Virus record (IMG/VR): IMGVR_UViG_3300010362_000052 | Span: 1-38,422 of that record | Length of the DNA stretch: 38,422 nt | Direction: 5' to 3' (one strand) | DNA from: a virus | Lineage: Duplodnaviria; Caudoviricetes | Program-made: the position numbers and the translations under genes | In this document: piece by piece, positions 14,690 through 27,000 of the stretch | Layout: every line of letters begins with the position of its first letter | Position numbering within the stretch: position 1 is the stretch's first letter | The notes under the pieces: model-generated | What the model was told of the DNA's origin: nothing | The model's database searches: none | The model's input: the letters and a program-made list of their open reading frames with translations, nothing else

Positions 14690-15017
14690 TGTCACCCTGG
14701 CGCTCCCGAGCGAAAAGCCGCTCCTCAAGAGCCGCACGCTCACCGTGTCCGGTGTGGACGAGGACGGCACGACGCTGGAAACGGTGGTCGTCGAGTTGGG
14801 ACGCGACGACAAGACAACGCAGATCGACGTCCCCGAAGGGGCCAGCATCCGGCTGGAGCAGGTGGATAGCGACAAGTGGGGCCCGAAGGCGCCGTACGTC
14901 ATGCACTTCACGGCGACCCGACCACTCCCAATGAGCGATGAGGGGCAACTCGCCGTCGCTGAATCGCCTCACCACAAAAAGCCGGAACACAGGGGCCATC
15001 GCCACAAGGAAGACTAA
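14679..15017 (+). CDS. Hypothetical beta-rich protein (112 aa)
   Basis: GGGAG SD; stop overlaps the stop of the convergent giant gene. Confidence 0.65.
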   Translation: MILNVTLALPSEKPLLKSRTLTVSGVDEDGTTLETVVVELGRDDKTTQIDVPEGASIRLEQVDSDKWGPKAPYVMHFTATRPLPMSDEGQLAVAESPHHKKPEHRGHRHKED

Positions 15018-18000
15018 TCGGTCGCTCCGGCCATCGCCGACTCAATCTCGAACTGGGATTCCTTGCTCAGATGGTGTCCCCTGCGGGCAGCCCTCCTCTC
15101 CAGCGTATTTTCCACTTCAGGGGTTCTGAAGCCAAGGCGTTTCAATTCCTGGGCTGCCCACTTGCGGTCGATAGCAGCCTCCTTGAAGCGCTCCACAAAC
15201 TTCGGAATTGGCTCGCCCAGCTTCCGCTCCGGCGAAGCCGTGAGCGCGTGCCCCAGCGTACCGATATACTCCTTGCGGAGTGATTTCCGCTCCCCGGTCT
15301 TGTCGTCGATGTACGTCACATCGCGCTCTGTCTCTTTCGACAGAGGATTCGGGTAACTCTTCCGGGGCGGGTTCCCCAGGGCATAATCGGCCAGCCCGAC
15401 ACTGTAGGCGCCCAGTTCCAGCTTCTCCTCGTTGGTGCTGAGCTTGAGCGCCTGTTTCCGCAGTTTCGTCAGGACCTCCTTGTAACGGGTCATCTGCCGC
15501 AGCCGGGCCTCGTTCTCGTCGTTCGACCAGCCCTCATGCTTCGCGGTGGCGACGTTCGTCTCCAGTTCGCCGTATTGGTCGTAGAAGTCCTTGATGGCCC
15601 GCTGGTAGAGCCCGCGCGTTTCGAACTTCCGGGTGAATGCCTCGGCGAGGGTTTGGGCTCCCTTCGCCAGAATGTTCTGCTCCTTCCTCTGCGCGGCCCG
15701 CTCGATGGCGCCGACGTACTCGGTATACATCGTGCCGCTGTACTGGTTCAGGATGTATTCCGTCTGAGAGGGAGAGAGCCCGACCCAGTGGGTCAGATAC
15801 TTGCTCATGAATTTCGACGATTCGAGCGTGTGCGGCCCGGCGCGGAGGTACTTCGCCAGATGCTCGTCGTCTTTCATTTCGATGGGGCGCCCCGACCAGT
15901 CCGTATTAGCGATGAGTTCGTAGACCGTGCTGAAACCTGCCGGCCGCATGGGCGGGGTCAGCGCTTCGATCTCGTGCCAGAGTTTCTCCCCCAGCCGTGG
16001 CTTGTCGCCCCGTGTCCAGGCGACGAACGCCTCCATCAGGTTCGGAATGAACGAGAAGCCGCGCGGCTTGGGGATCTTGAGCCACGGGATGCCGAATGTG
16101 GAGAACGTCCAGTAGCGGTCGGCAATGTTGCCATCCATCCCCTTACGGTCGTCGTCGTCGCCGTTCATCAGGGCATAGATCAGGCTCACGGTTGCCAGCA
16201 CGGCGGCAGCCGTCGCCCGCTTGCCCCAGGCTTCGCCCTTGCCGGTGGCGATCTCGCCGATGGTCGTGAGTTCTTTCTCCAGTCCGGCCATGCCGGCGGA
16301 GAAGAACGGAATGACCTTATCCACTTCGCGGGCCATGTAACCCTTCCGCTTGAAGTTGGTCAGGACCTCGTTGCCCGCCGCAATCGCCCGGGAGATCAGC
16401 TTCTGCGGGAGCGCGTCGATGACCCGTCCCTGGGGGTCGATCCAGAGGTTGTTGCCGGCTTGCCGCTCGGCCGGCGTCGCTTTCCCGTTGGGACGGTAGC
16501 CGGCCTGCCGGATCACCGCCGCGATCTCGGCCAGCCGCATCCCCGAGTCGAGGATGCCGATTGCATCCTTGACGCTGTTGAGGGTGTCGTATTTCACCCC
16601 GACGACGAACTTCTCCCACGTCGTACGAGCGAAGGTTCTCTCGATCATGGCCTTGGTCGTCTGCGCCGGTGTGCCCAGCCGATGACCGGTGATCTTGCCG
16701 CCTTCCCGCTCCTGCAGCTCGTTGAGGATCTCCCATTCGACAGTCTTCTCGCCGACGAATCCCGGGAGCCTGTCCGCCCGGAGCTTCGCCCCGATGACGC
16801 CCCCCACGGAGATGAGGTGAGCGTAGTAGCGGTCGAACCAGCCGGTGTGTTTGCTCTGGATCGGGAACATCGCCGCGTCGATGACCGCCAGGCTGAGGAT
16901 CGTACTCGGGTGGAGGGCCACCGACATGGCCTTGATGGGGTTGGTGACAAATTTCGCCTGGGCGTTGATGATCCCCGTCCAGAGGCGGGCGAAGGTGTTG
17001 GCCTGCATCGGCGTCCGCATCCCCATGATGGCGTTGTAGACGTAGGGATGGGGGAACTGCACCATCAGCGGCTTGTCGTCCACCATCACCCGGACGACAT
17101 GCTCCCGGGGATCGCTCGAAAAGTCCTGCCGGTACCAGGCCACCGCATCGTCCAGGTCGGGGACGTGATCCGTGAGCGCGGTGAGGGTCCTCGGATCGTT
17201 CGTGCCGTACCGGAATTCCAGCCGTTGCCAGCCGATGTTGCTGAGGGTGCCGTCGCGGAGTCCGCTCACGTCTTTAATAAGCTGCGCGAAGTCTTCGTCG
17301 ATCAGCGGCTGGCGGATCGACGTACCGATCCGCTTCGGCTTGGTCATGTCGCTGAGAAGCTGTTCCAGCTTGGCCTTGTCCTTCACCCACTTGGCGTCGG
17401 TCTTGACGATCCATTCGCTCATCCCGGGGGCCCCGCCCAGGGCCGGCAGGGTGAGCCGCAGGAAGGGCATCATCATGGCGTATTTGACAGCCGCGTTGTG
17501 AACCTCCTGATTCTGCCGCATGTATGCCTGCAGGGGGGGCAGGATGGCGTCCGAGGAACCAACCTCGGTCATCCGGCGGAACGGGCTGCGCCCCCCGAGC
17601 AGGCTCTTCGAGGTCCCCATCACGAACTGCTTGGCGCGGCCGAAGAGTCCGACCTCGCGGGTCCGGTAACGGGGGACGTAATAATCCTTCTGGGAGTCGA
17701 TCATCCTTTTTGCGGCGGTGAAACCGATTACCCCTTCATTGACGGCCAGCATGAGCAAGCCTTCTGAGAATTGCCGCATCCCCTTGGCGGCATCCTCAAA
17801 CCGTTTGAACTTGGCCGCATCGGCTTGCACCTCGGCGACCCGGGCTCTGTAGACCCGCTCCTCTTCACCCGGGTTGTAGTTTGGCCGGCGCGCGATCCGC
17901 GACAGGGCGTCCTGAGCGTCCACGAACGTTTCCCACTCTTTCAGTTCGTTGCGGGCGATGTTCCGCATGTAATGCTTCGCGCTTTCGGCGAGCTTCTGAG

Positions 18001-21000
18001 GTTTGTTGCCGCTGATCGTGAAGATGCCGTTCTCCCAGGCGTCAGCCGCCCGCGCTTCGTAGCTCCCCATCAGTTCGTCAATCCGCTCGTTGAACTCCTG
18101 CTTGCGGATTGGCGCCATCGCCCCGTACTTCTTCTCGATGGCGCGACCGGCAATTTCCTTGATGACGCTGGCTTCGTCCTGCATGGCGCTGCGGAAAGCG
18201 CTGACCCCGCTGGTCAGGGTGTCCTTCATCGCCTCCATTTTCTCCTTGTCCAGTTCCATCGCCCGGCGCCCCATCGCCCACTGGTTGGCGAGGATCGTGT
18301 CCTGGGGGTTCTGCTTGCGGAACCGCTCGATCCAGTTCCACATCTTCTGGAACTTGGCCTTCTCCTCCTCGTGCTTGTCGAGCCAGTCGCTCAGGTGCTG
18401 GTACGCCTGGGGGGCAACGGTATAGCCGGCGTTGGTCGTGAAGACATGCCGCAGGAACTCGGCAAACCCCTCGGTGGGGTCCTTCCGCTTCTGGTTGTAA
18501 TCGAGCGGCCCCAGTTCGTCCTTGACGCGCTGCGGCATCGAGGTGAAGAGGTCGGTATGGTCGTCGATCCCGTGCGCGACCTCGTGGAAGATGACTCCCA
18601 GGTTGGCCCACTCGGGAGACGATACGCGGATCACTTTCGAGAGCAGTTCGTAGTAGGCCAGGGCCTTGTTCCGCAGTCGTCCCTTGAGGATCGGGTAGCC
18701 CCAGAGCCGGGAGAGCGAATAGCGGATATCGTGGGCGGAGATCGGGCCCTTTTTCTTCGGGCTCAGCTTGGGGAGCTTGAGCTTCTCGTACGCCTTCTGC
18801 CAGAACGTCTTTTTCTTCGGGGCGGTGGCAAACGTGGGGACGTTCCCGGGGCCGGCGCTGGTGCCGGTCCCCGTGGCGAACCGATCGGTCGGATAGTGCT
18901 GGCGGCGCAGGGCCCGGAGGTCTTCGTCTTCGTCCTCCTCTTCGTCGAGCGCGTCAGGCTGGGGAGCGTGGGGAGGGTGTCTGCGGTGCTGTACGGCCTC
19001 TTCGTGCTGTTTCGCCTCGGCCTGGCTCTTTGCCTCCATCTGCTCGGTGATTTCGTTGAGGCGTTTGGTAACCTTTTCCAGTTCGTCGTCCTTCTCCCAT
19101 TTGCTGTTGACGACTTCTTCGTAGTCCACTGCCTCACGCTTTTTGGCCTCCAGGTTCTTCTTCACCTCTTCCACAGCCTGCCGGGCCCGGTCGTCCAGGC
19201 TGTTCAGCACGTCCACGATCCCGCTGCCGGTGACCGCATACCCCTGATAAATCGAGGCGTTTGGGTTCCAGGTGGGCAGAAAGTCCACCAGCGTCTTTGT
19301 CAGCCATTCGAGAACTACCTTCTTCTCTTCAATCCCCGCGAATTTCTGAAAAGCGCCCGACCTGATCACGATGTTCATGTCGCCGAACTTGATCCCCTTC
19401 CGGAGATTTTCGGAATAGGCTTTCGTCTGGTTGCCCCGGTCGGGTTCGTACGGCGCAACCTTTTCGTCCTTCGTCAGCTTGAGAACGTTCTTTTCGTGTT
19501 CCTTGATGATCGAGTCGATCTTCGCGGCGATGGCCTTCTCGTCCTCCATCTTCTCTTTGTCGATCGACCAGTTACCCGACTTGAGAAGGGCGTTGATGTT
19601 CTTCTCGGTCTCCTCGGCATTGGGGATGTACCTCTTCTCGTAATCGCGGATCGTCTCACGGACCCCGCGCAGACGGTATTCGGCCCGCCCCACCTCGTCG
19701 CTGTGGGACTCCTTCTCCATCTCCAGTTCCCGCTTTTTGTATTCGAGGTCGAGCTTCTCGAAGTAAAGCGGGTCGTCGAGAACGGAGGCAAGCTGCTCCT
19801 CCATGCTCAGCGTCACGGCCGAGGCCGGGTCCTCAAACTCCCGGCCCGCCTTCCCGGTGATGGCTTGCCAGACCACCTTGGCCTTGCGGACGAGTTTGTT
19901 CAGAATTGCCGAGTCGAGCGTGCCGCTCATGGCATAGCGGTAGATTGAGACTTCCGGGTTGAGGTTGCCGAACCGGAGGATGCGGCCCTCTCGCTGCTCC
20001 AGGTCGGTCGGCATGTAGGGCGAATCGAGGTGGTGCAGGGCGACCAGGCGTTTCTGCACATTGACGCCCACCCCCATCTTGGCACTCGACCCAAGCAGGA
20101 ATCGGATCTGACCCTGGTTCACGCGCTCGAAGAGCGCCTCCCGCGCGTCATCATTGTTGTAGTCGGCCACCGCGGCGATCTCATTGGCAGGAACACCACC
20201 CGCAATGAGCCGCTTCTTGATGTCGTTGAACAGGAACGCGCCCTTCTCGGATTCTTCCTTGGCCTCCTCCATCGGGATGTTGAGATCGACCGTTTCCCCC
20301 TCCAGAAACTTCCAGAGCTTGGTCATGTTCCGAGGGTTGAAGCTGTCGGAAAAGATAAGCTGCGTCCCCTTCACCTCTTTCGAGTCATGGTACTCCTGCA
20401 GAGCCAGCTCGGTCATTTTGTCGAGCTTGCCACCGACCTCCGCCTTGGCGCCCGGCACGATCAGCCGGATATCAATGGACGCTGCCTTCCCGGCGCCGAA
20501 GAGCGAGATCGGGACCCAGTTATTGAGCTTTTTGTCTTGGCCCGACATACCCTTGTAGATGGCGTACGCCTTCTTCACGATCTCCTGGAATTTCTTACCG
20601 CCGGCACTGAGCGGCACCGTGATCGACTGGACCTTCCCACCCTTGAGGGCTGGCAGACCTCCCTCGCCCAGCGCGATCAGCTTGGCCCGGAGCATGTCCG
20701 GGGAGATAACGTCCCAGGCGGTACGAATGAGCCGGGCGAATTCATCGCCGTTGGTGAACCGCGACAGGGCCTGTTTCTTCACCCAGGTCCCGCCCGCGTT
20801 CATCTCGGCGATCGTCTCCGTCATGGCGAAGGCGCCGACGAACCGGTCGAACGTATCGACCCCCCAGTCCTTCAAGACGTCTGGGGCGACGTAGTTCAGC
20901 ATGTGCCAGGCTTCGCCGAGGGTGTTGGTGATCGGCGTGCCGGTCGCCAGGACGATGTTCCGGCCGTTGGATTTCTCCCGGACGTGCCGGATCTTCATCA

Positions 21001-24000
21001 TCAGCGCCATCGACGTGGGATTCTCAGTCAGATTGAGCCCCACCAGCTTGTCCAGCTTCGACTGGAAAAACGGCTTCTTGTAGGCGTGCGCCTCATCCAC
21101 GAACAGGGAATCAATCCCCAGTTGCTCGAACGTCACCGCATCGGTCGATTCCTTCGACCGTTTCATGGCGTCGGCGAGCCGCTTCTGCAGCCTGTTCCGC
21201 GCTTTCACGATCTCTTTGACCGTGCTGGATTTCTTGCGCCGCCGGCTTTTGGATTCTGCGCGCTCCTCCTTCTCGATCTCGGCTTCGAGGATCTCCAGTT
21301 GTTCCTTGACGTAGGCGATCTCCGTCTTGGGGTCGATGGGGAGCCGGTCGAACGTGCTTTGCGGCATGACGATGGCATCCCAGTCGGTCGCCAGCGAACG
21401 GGCAAGGAACGCCTGCCGGTTTTCCTTTTTGAGGTCGTTCTTCGTGGCGACCAGCACGCGGGCCCCGGGATAGAGCCGCAGGAACGATTTGGCAAACTGT
21501 CCGAGGGTCGAGTTCTGGACGGCGATCAGGGGCCGCTTGGCCAACCCGAGCCGCTTCTGCTCCATCGCGGCGGCGACCATCAGGAAGGTCTTGCCGGCGC
21601 CAACGGCGTGGGCGAGCAAGGCCCGACCGTCGAGCAGAATCCGCCAGACCGCATCCCGCTGGTAATCGCGGAGCGTGATCTCCGTGTTGCTGTTGGGGAG
21701 TTGCAGGTGAGACCCGTCGTACGTCATCGGAACGTACGAATTGAAACGGTCGTTAAACGCCGCTTCGACCGCATCCCGGGCCTCTTCATTCTTCTCGGCG
21801 TACCTTTTCCATTCCTTCTGAAGCTGCTGGATCTTCGCCCTGGCGCCGGTCGTGGCCTTTTCATCGACGACGTACTGGGGGCTGCCCCGGGGACCGATAT
21901 TGATCCTGACGACCGGATCTTTGAGGTTGAGGGCCGCTTCCAGCAGATCGCTGGCGTCCTTGTTGCCGACGTTCCAGGCTTCGTTACTGATCGAGCCGAC
22001 TCGCCAGCCGTCGATGGCGTCGATGTACTGCACTGACGCCTGGTAGTCGCGGAAGATTTCCCGGGCGAAATTCTGAACAACATGCGCCGGCAGCCACGCC
22101 GCGCCCAGACGGAAATTCTGAATCCCCTTGATGGCGATGGGAGCCGGCTGGACCTTCTTCAGGGCCTCCACGTTAGCCTTGTACTTCGGATCAGACTCAG
22201 CCGCGTCCTCCGCCAGACGCAGCTTCTCCCGCACGTTCCCCGACAGATACCGTTCGGAAATCTCCCACTCGCCCGACTCCGGGTTTTCGTAGGCCATGCC
22301 GCTCTTGGGCAGTGTGCTGGTCACCACCTCCAGGACGGATTTGCCCAGAAGCTGGGCGACATACGCCGGATCAATCCGCCCGCGGTAGCCGAGCGAGATC
22401 CGGATGGCGTCCGGCGCCGTTGAAGCGCTGGTCGGTGGCCGGCGCGAGCCATCGAGGATGCGCTTCGTGAGCGCTTCCGATTTCTTGTAAGTCTTCCGCT
22501 CCTTATTCGTCTTCGGGTCGATCTCCTGACCGGTCATCAACTCCAGCGACTGCACGAACCAGTAGTCAGGATCGCTCGTAAACGGGCGCGTCTTTACATC
22601 ATCGAGGTGCCCGTGCGCCTTGATGTATTTGTCGAAAATGACGTTGATTTCTTTGAGCGACTTTTTGAACTCCGCATCGGTGCTATCTGGCGAAAGCATC
22701 AGGGCGCGGTGCGCCCGCCACTTATCGCGCAGGGCGGCGTAGTCCTTTGCCCGCTTGATCACCTCGGCCTTGTTGAGCGAAGGGTGCGCACCCTCGGGGA
22801 GCTTCCCGCCGGGCACCAGCTCGTGGAGCTGCCCCTTCGCGGAGAAATAGACCTTGCCGTTCTTCTCCACGATCGAACCGTGGATGGCCTCGTCCTCTTC
22901 TTCGGCCTTGATCACCTCCCCCTCGGCCTTGCCGGTTGCGGCCATGATCTCCGCCGGCAGGGTGGCCGTAGCCTTGTCGATGGCCTCGATCAGGTTCCGG
23001 CCGTCTGGCTTGACGGTGTATTCCTTCTCGTCGGCCTTGCGGGCGTACATCTTCCCCTGCATCGAATGCTCGCCGAGAACCATCTCGGGGTGATCGACGA
23101 AATACTGGTTGACCGTAGCCGTCGTCGTTCCACCGTCCGCCGGGACATCCTCGGTGAGCCGCCAGAGGTTTTCGATGTGCTGGTTGCCGATGGGTTTCCG
23201 CAGGAAAAGGATGTCCGCGGCGACGTCCGTCCCGGCGTTCTCCCGGAAGGCGTTGTTGGGGAGTCGGATGGCACCGACCAGATCCCCCTTGCCGACGAGG
23301 AACGTTCGCTGATCGACGCGCGCGTCGAGCGTGTTGTGGGTCGAGATCACCGCCACGATTCCGCCCGGCCGCACGGCATCCAGGGCCCGGGCAATGAAGT
23401 AGTTATGCAGGTTGAGATCCTGCCCATACCGCTCTTCGGAATCGGGCTGCGTCTGCGCGGCGAAAGGGACGTTGCCGATGACCAGATCGACCGAGTTGGG
23501 GGCGATCTTCGCTTCGTTCAGGTCCTTGTTGATGATCTTCGCCCGCGGGTACAGCTTCTCCATCATTCGGGAGGAGAGCGGGTCCATCTCAACCGCGTAG
23601 AACTTCGACTTGCTTCCCACCTCGGGCGGGGCCAGTCCGATGAAGTGACCGATGCCGGCGCCCGGTTCGAGGACGCGCCCGCCGGTGAAGCCGAAATGCC
23701 GCACGGCTTGCCACATCTTTTCGATGATCGGCCGGCTGGTGTAGTGGGCGTTGATCGTGGTGTCGCGCGCCTTGTACCACTCGTCCTCGGTCAATTCATC
23801 CTTGAGGATGCGGTAGACTTCGCCCCACTTCTTTTCCCAGTTTTCATCGCGGCCGTACGCGGACTCACGGATCATCGCCTCGCCCGTGTAGCGGTCGAAC
23901 GCCTGGGACATCGCCCCCCAGCCGGTGTAGCGCGCGAGAACCTTCTTTTCCTCGGGAGTGGCGTCGCGGTTTTCGGCTTCGAGCGTTTTGAGCAACCGAA

Positions 24001-27000
24001 TGGCATCGACGTTCGCCTGGGCCTTCGCGGGAAAGCCCTTGGGCACGATCACGTCCTCGGGCGCGATGACGTGATTTACGCCAGTTCGTGCTTCTCCTTG
24101 AACTTCTGGAGGAGCTTCTCCTCCTCCGGGCTCAGCGGCTCCTGGTCCTGCCAGTCCGGGTTGATCGGGAGAAGGTCGCTTCGGGCGAGTTCCAATATCT
24201 GGTCGAACGTCGCCTTCGGGAGTCTTTTCTTCAGTTGGGCCACGCTCTCCAGGTAATCCTTCACCCTCTGGTCGAGGAGCGACTCCAGTGTCTGGGGGTG
24301 GGGCAGCAGGCTCGCCAGGTGCCGGGGGTGCATTTGCTCCAGGTTCTCCAGGACCTCCCCCCACTCCGGTGTCTGGTTGAACGGCACCAGGACGCTTTGC
24401 TCGTCCTCCGCCTCCGCCCCCTCCGCCGCCTCTAGGTCGTCTGCCACTGGGTTCTCCTTCGGGTGGTGCCGGTTCCGGCGGGGCCGGTTCCTGCTCGGAT
24501 TCTACTGGAGGTTTCGGCCCCTTGGCAATCTCCTGCTGCATCCGTTTGACGATGCTCTCGGCCACCTTGTCGAGCATCTCGTCGGTAATGTCGAAGTCCA
24601 CAGTTTCGGGGTCCAGGTCGAGCAGCTTCCAGTCCGCCTGATCGTGAGCGAGGTCCCTCGCCAGTTCGTGGGCCAGATGGAGATCCTCGTCGCCGAGCGC
24701 CTGTTTGATTTCCGAATCGTTGCGGATCTGTGTGGCCACATCCTCCAGCACCGGGATAAATTTGTTGGCGATCTCGTCGCCGTACTTCTGGCGGATCTCC
24801 TCCAGGGCAATCATCAGCGGCCGTCGGCGGTTTGCCCGTTCGATCGGGCCGACTGCCTCTTCGGCCATCTCTGGAAAGTGGCGCTGGCCCCCCTCCGCGG
24901 TCGGTGCCTTCCCCTTGGGGGCGGTCGGCGGTCGCTCGGCAGGCGGTTTGGGAGGAGTTGGCTCAGGTTGTTCGACCTTGGGAGGTGGCGGGGCTGTCGG
25001 CTCGGGCTTGGCTTCGGACTTCGCGCCCAGGGCATCCAGCGCGTCTGCCACTCTGTAGTGGAGGTCTTTAATCTGTGGACCGGTTTCGTACAGCTCACCG
25101 GAGTATTGACCGAGGGGCGTGACCGATTCGAGTTTCTCGACGATTCTGGCCAGTCTCGAATCGACCCGCACGCCCAGGTGGCGCGCAAGCCATACCAGTT
25201 CCTTCCCCGTGATCTCGGTTTTGAATCGGGAACGAAGATCCTCCAGTTTCTTCCGAGTGTCTTCGTCGTACTCACGCCGGTGTTTTTCGTATTCTTCCTT
25301 ACGCTGCTTTTCTTCGGCCTCGCGCTGCGGCGCCTCCGCCTTCCACTTTTCGATCACCTTCCCCATCTGTGTGTGAATTTTCCTGATGTCAGCGAGTGTC
25401 AGCGGTGCGCCGACATTTTTCTGATACAGGTGTGGCTGCAAACTACCTTCAGTTTTGATTCCCGTGGGCGAGATGTGTTTAACGCTCCGCGTCAGGACGC
25501 CCCTGACCGCCTCGTGGATCTTCATACCGCCGCTGCCCAAGCGCTCAATCAGGTCTACCAGTTCCTCACCGGTGATCGACTTGTGGAATCGGGTCATCAC
25601 CTCGTCAAGATGCTTTTCGTGGGCGATCGACTCCTCGCGGTGCCGCGCCTTCTCTTCGGCGTAGTCTTTTTCTCGCCGCTGTTCCTCTTCTTCAAGAATG
25701 GCATCCAAGCCGTTGAACTTCTTCAGGAAGAACTCAAGCGCGTGCTTTCCCTTGGGAAGTTTTTCGCCGGTGAGTTCCTCGAAGAACCGACGGTAGGCAG
25801 GGAGACCGGACTCCAGCAGGCCCTGCACCATCACCTTGCGCATCTCCCGAGGATCGCTGATACCCCTAATGATCTGACGCGCATCGTCGCGCAGAATGTT
25901 GAGGTAGTGTTCGCGGCCGTGGCGAGCCAGATCCGGAGGTTCTCCGCCCTTGCGCTTCCGGTAGTCTTCAATCTCTTCCTCTAACCACTGCTGAGCGGCC
26001 TTGTCGGCAACCTGCTCGGGGTTCTCGATCGGCGCCCGCGGTTTGCCCGGCGCAGGGGCCTCTGGCTCGGCTGGCGGAGCAGCCCCCCCTTGGGGGGGAG
26101 TGGTAACCCCTCCGCCAGCCGGAGTCGCCGCGTTGATCACATCCCAGGCTTGCTGCGGCGTCATTCCACGAATGGCCTCCTCGGAATACCCGAGGTCCGC
26201 CAGTTGCTGGCGCATTTTCTGCGTAATCATCATCGGCACGCCGGCCGGCGGTTTCGGTGCCTCTGGAGCAGCGGGTGTCGCCGACCAGATGACCGAGCCG
26301 TCCCGCCCGAACAGCTTCGACACCATCGGCTCATCGACGTACTGCCCGCTTTCGAGTTTGATCTCGCCGGCCGAGGCGTCGTAGGCTGTCGGCTTCCAGA
26401 GAGCGGATACCTTGTGGCGCGTGCCGTCGTGCAGCTCGACCTCGGCAACGTCTTGGAGAGCGGCGTGCGCGAACGTTCCCACCTCGGGGGCCGGAATCGG
26501 CGCGCCGCCTGGGCCTTCTGTCGTCTCCGGTATGGGGGCCGGCGCTCTGGGCTGCGGGCCCGGCGGTTGTTCTACCGGCGGTTGGGGCGCAGGAGCGGGC
26601 GTCGGGGGTTTCTCCACGACGGGCGGAGGCGCGGGAACCGGCGGCGTTGGCGGGGGGCTCGGTGTTGGGACATTCGGAGGTTGCGGTTGTGGTGCGGGTG
26701 GTTGTGGAGCAGGGGGCTGCGGTGCCCCAGGCGGCGGAGTGACAAAGCCCGGAACCGGCGGCTGCGGCACGGTCGGCCCGGCGCCCGGAGGCGGCGCAAG
26801 CTGAGGTCCGAGCGGCTGCTGCTGCCGACCGAACGAGGGCATCCCGTACTGGGCGTAGTGCGCCGCTCCGCCCGCGATTCCGCCCGTCAATCCACCGGTC
26901 AACGTGGGCTCGATCGTGCCGTCGAAGAGTGCCGCCAGCCCCGTCTTCGGCTGGCCGTTCTCGTCGAGGATCGGGATGTTGTGGGCCAGCTTGTTAGCGT

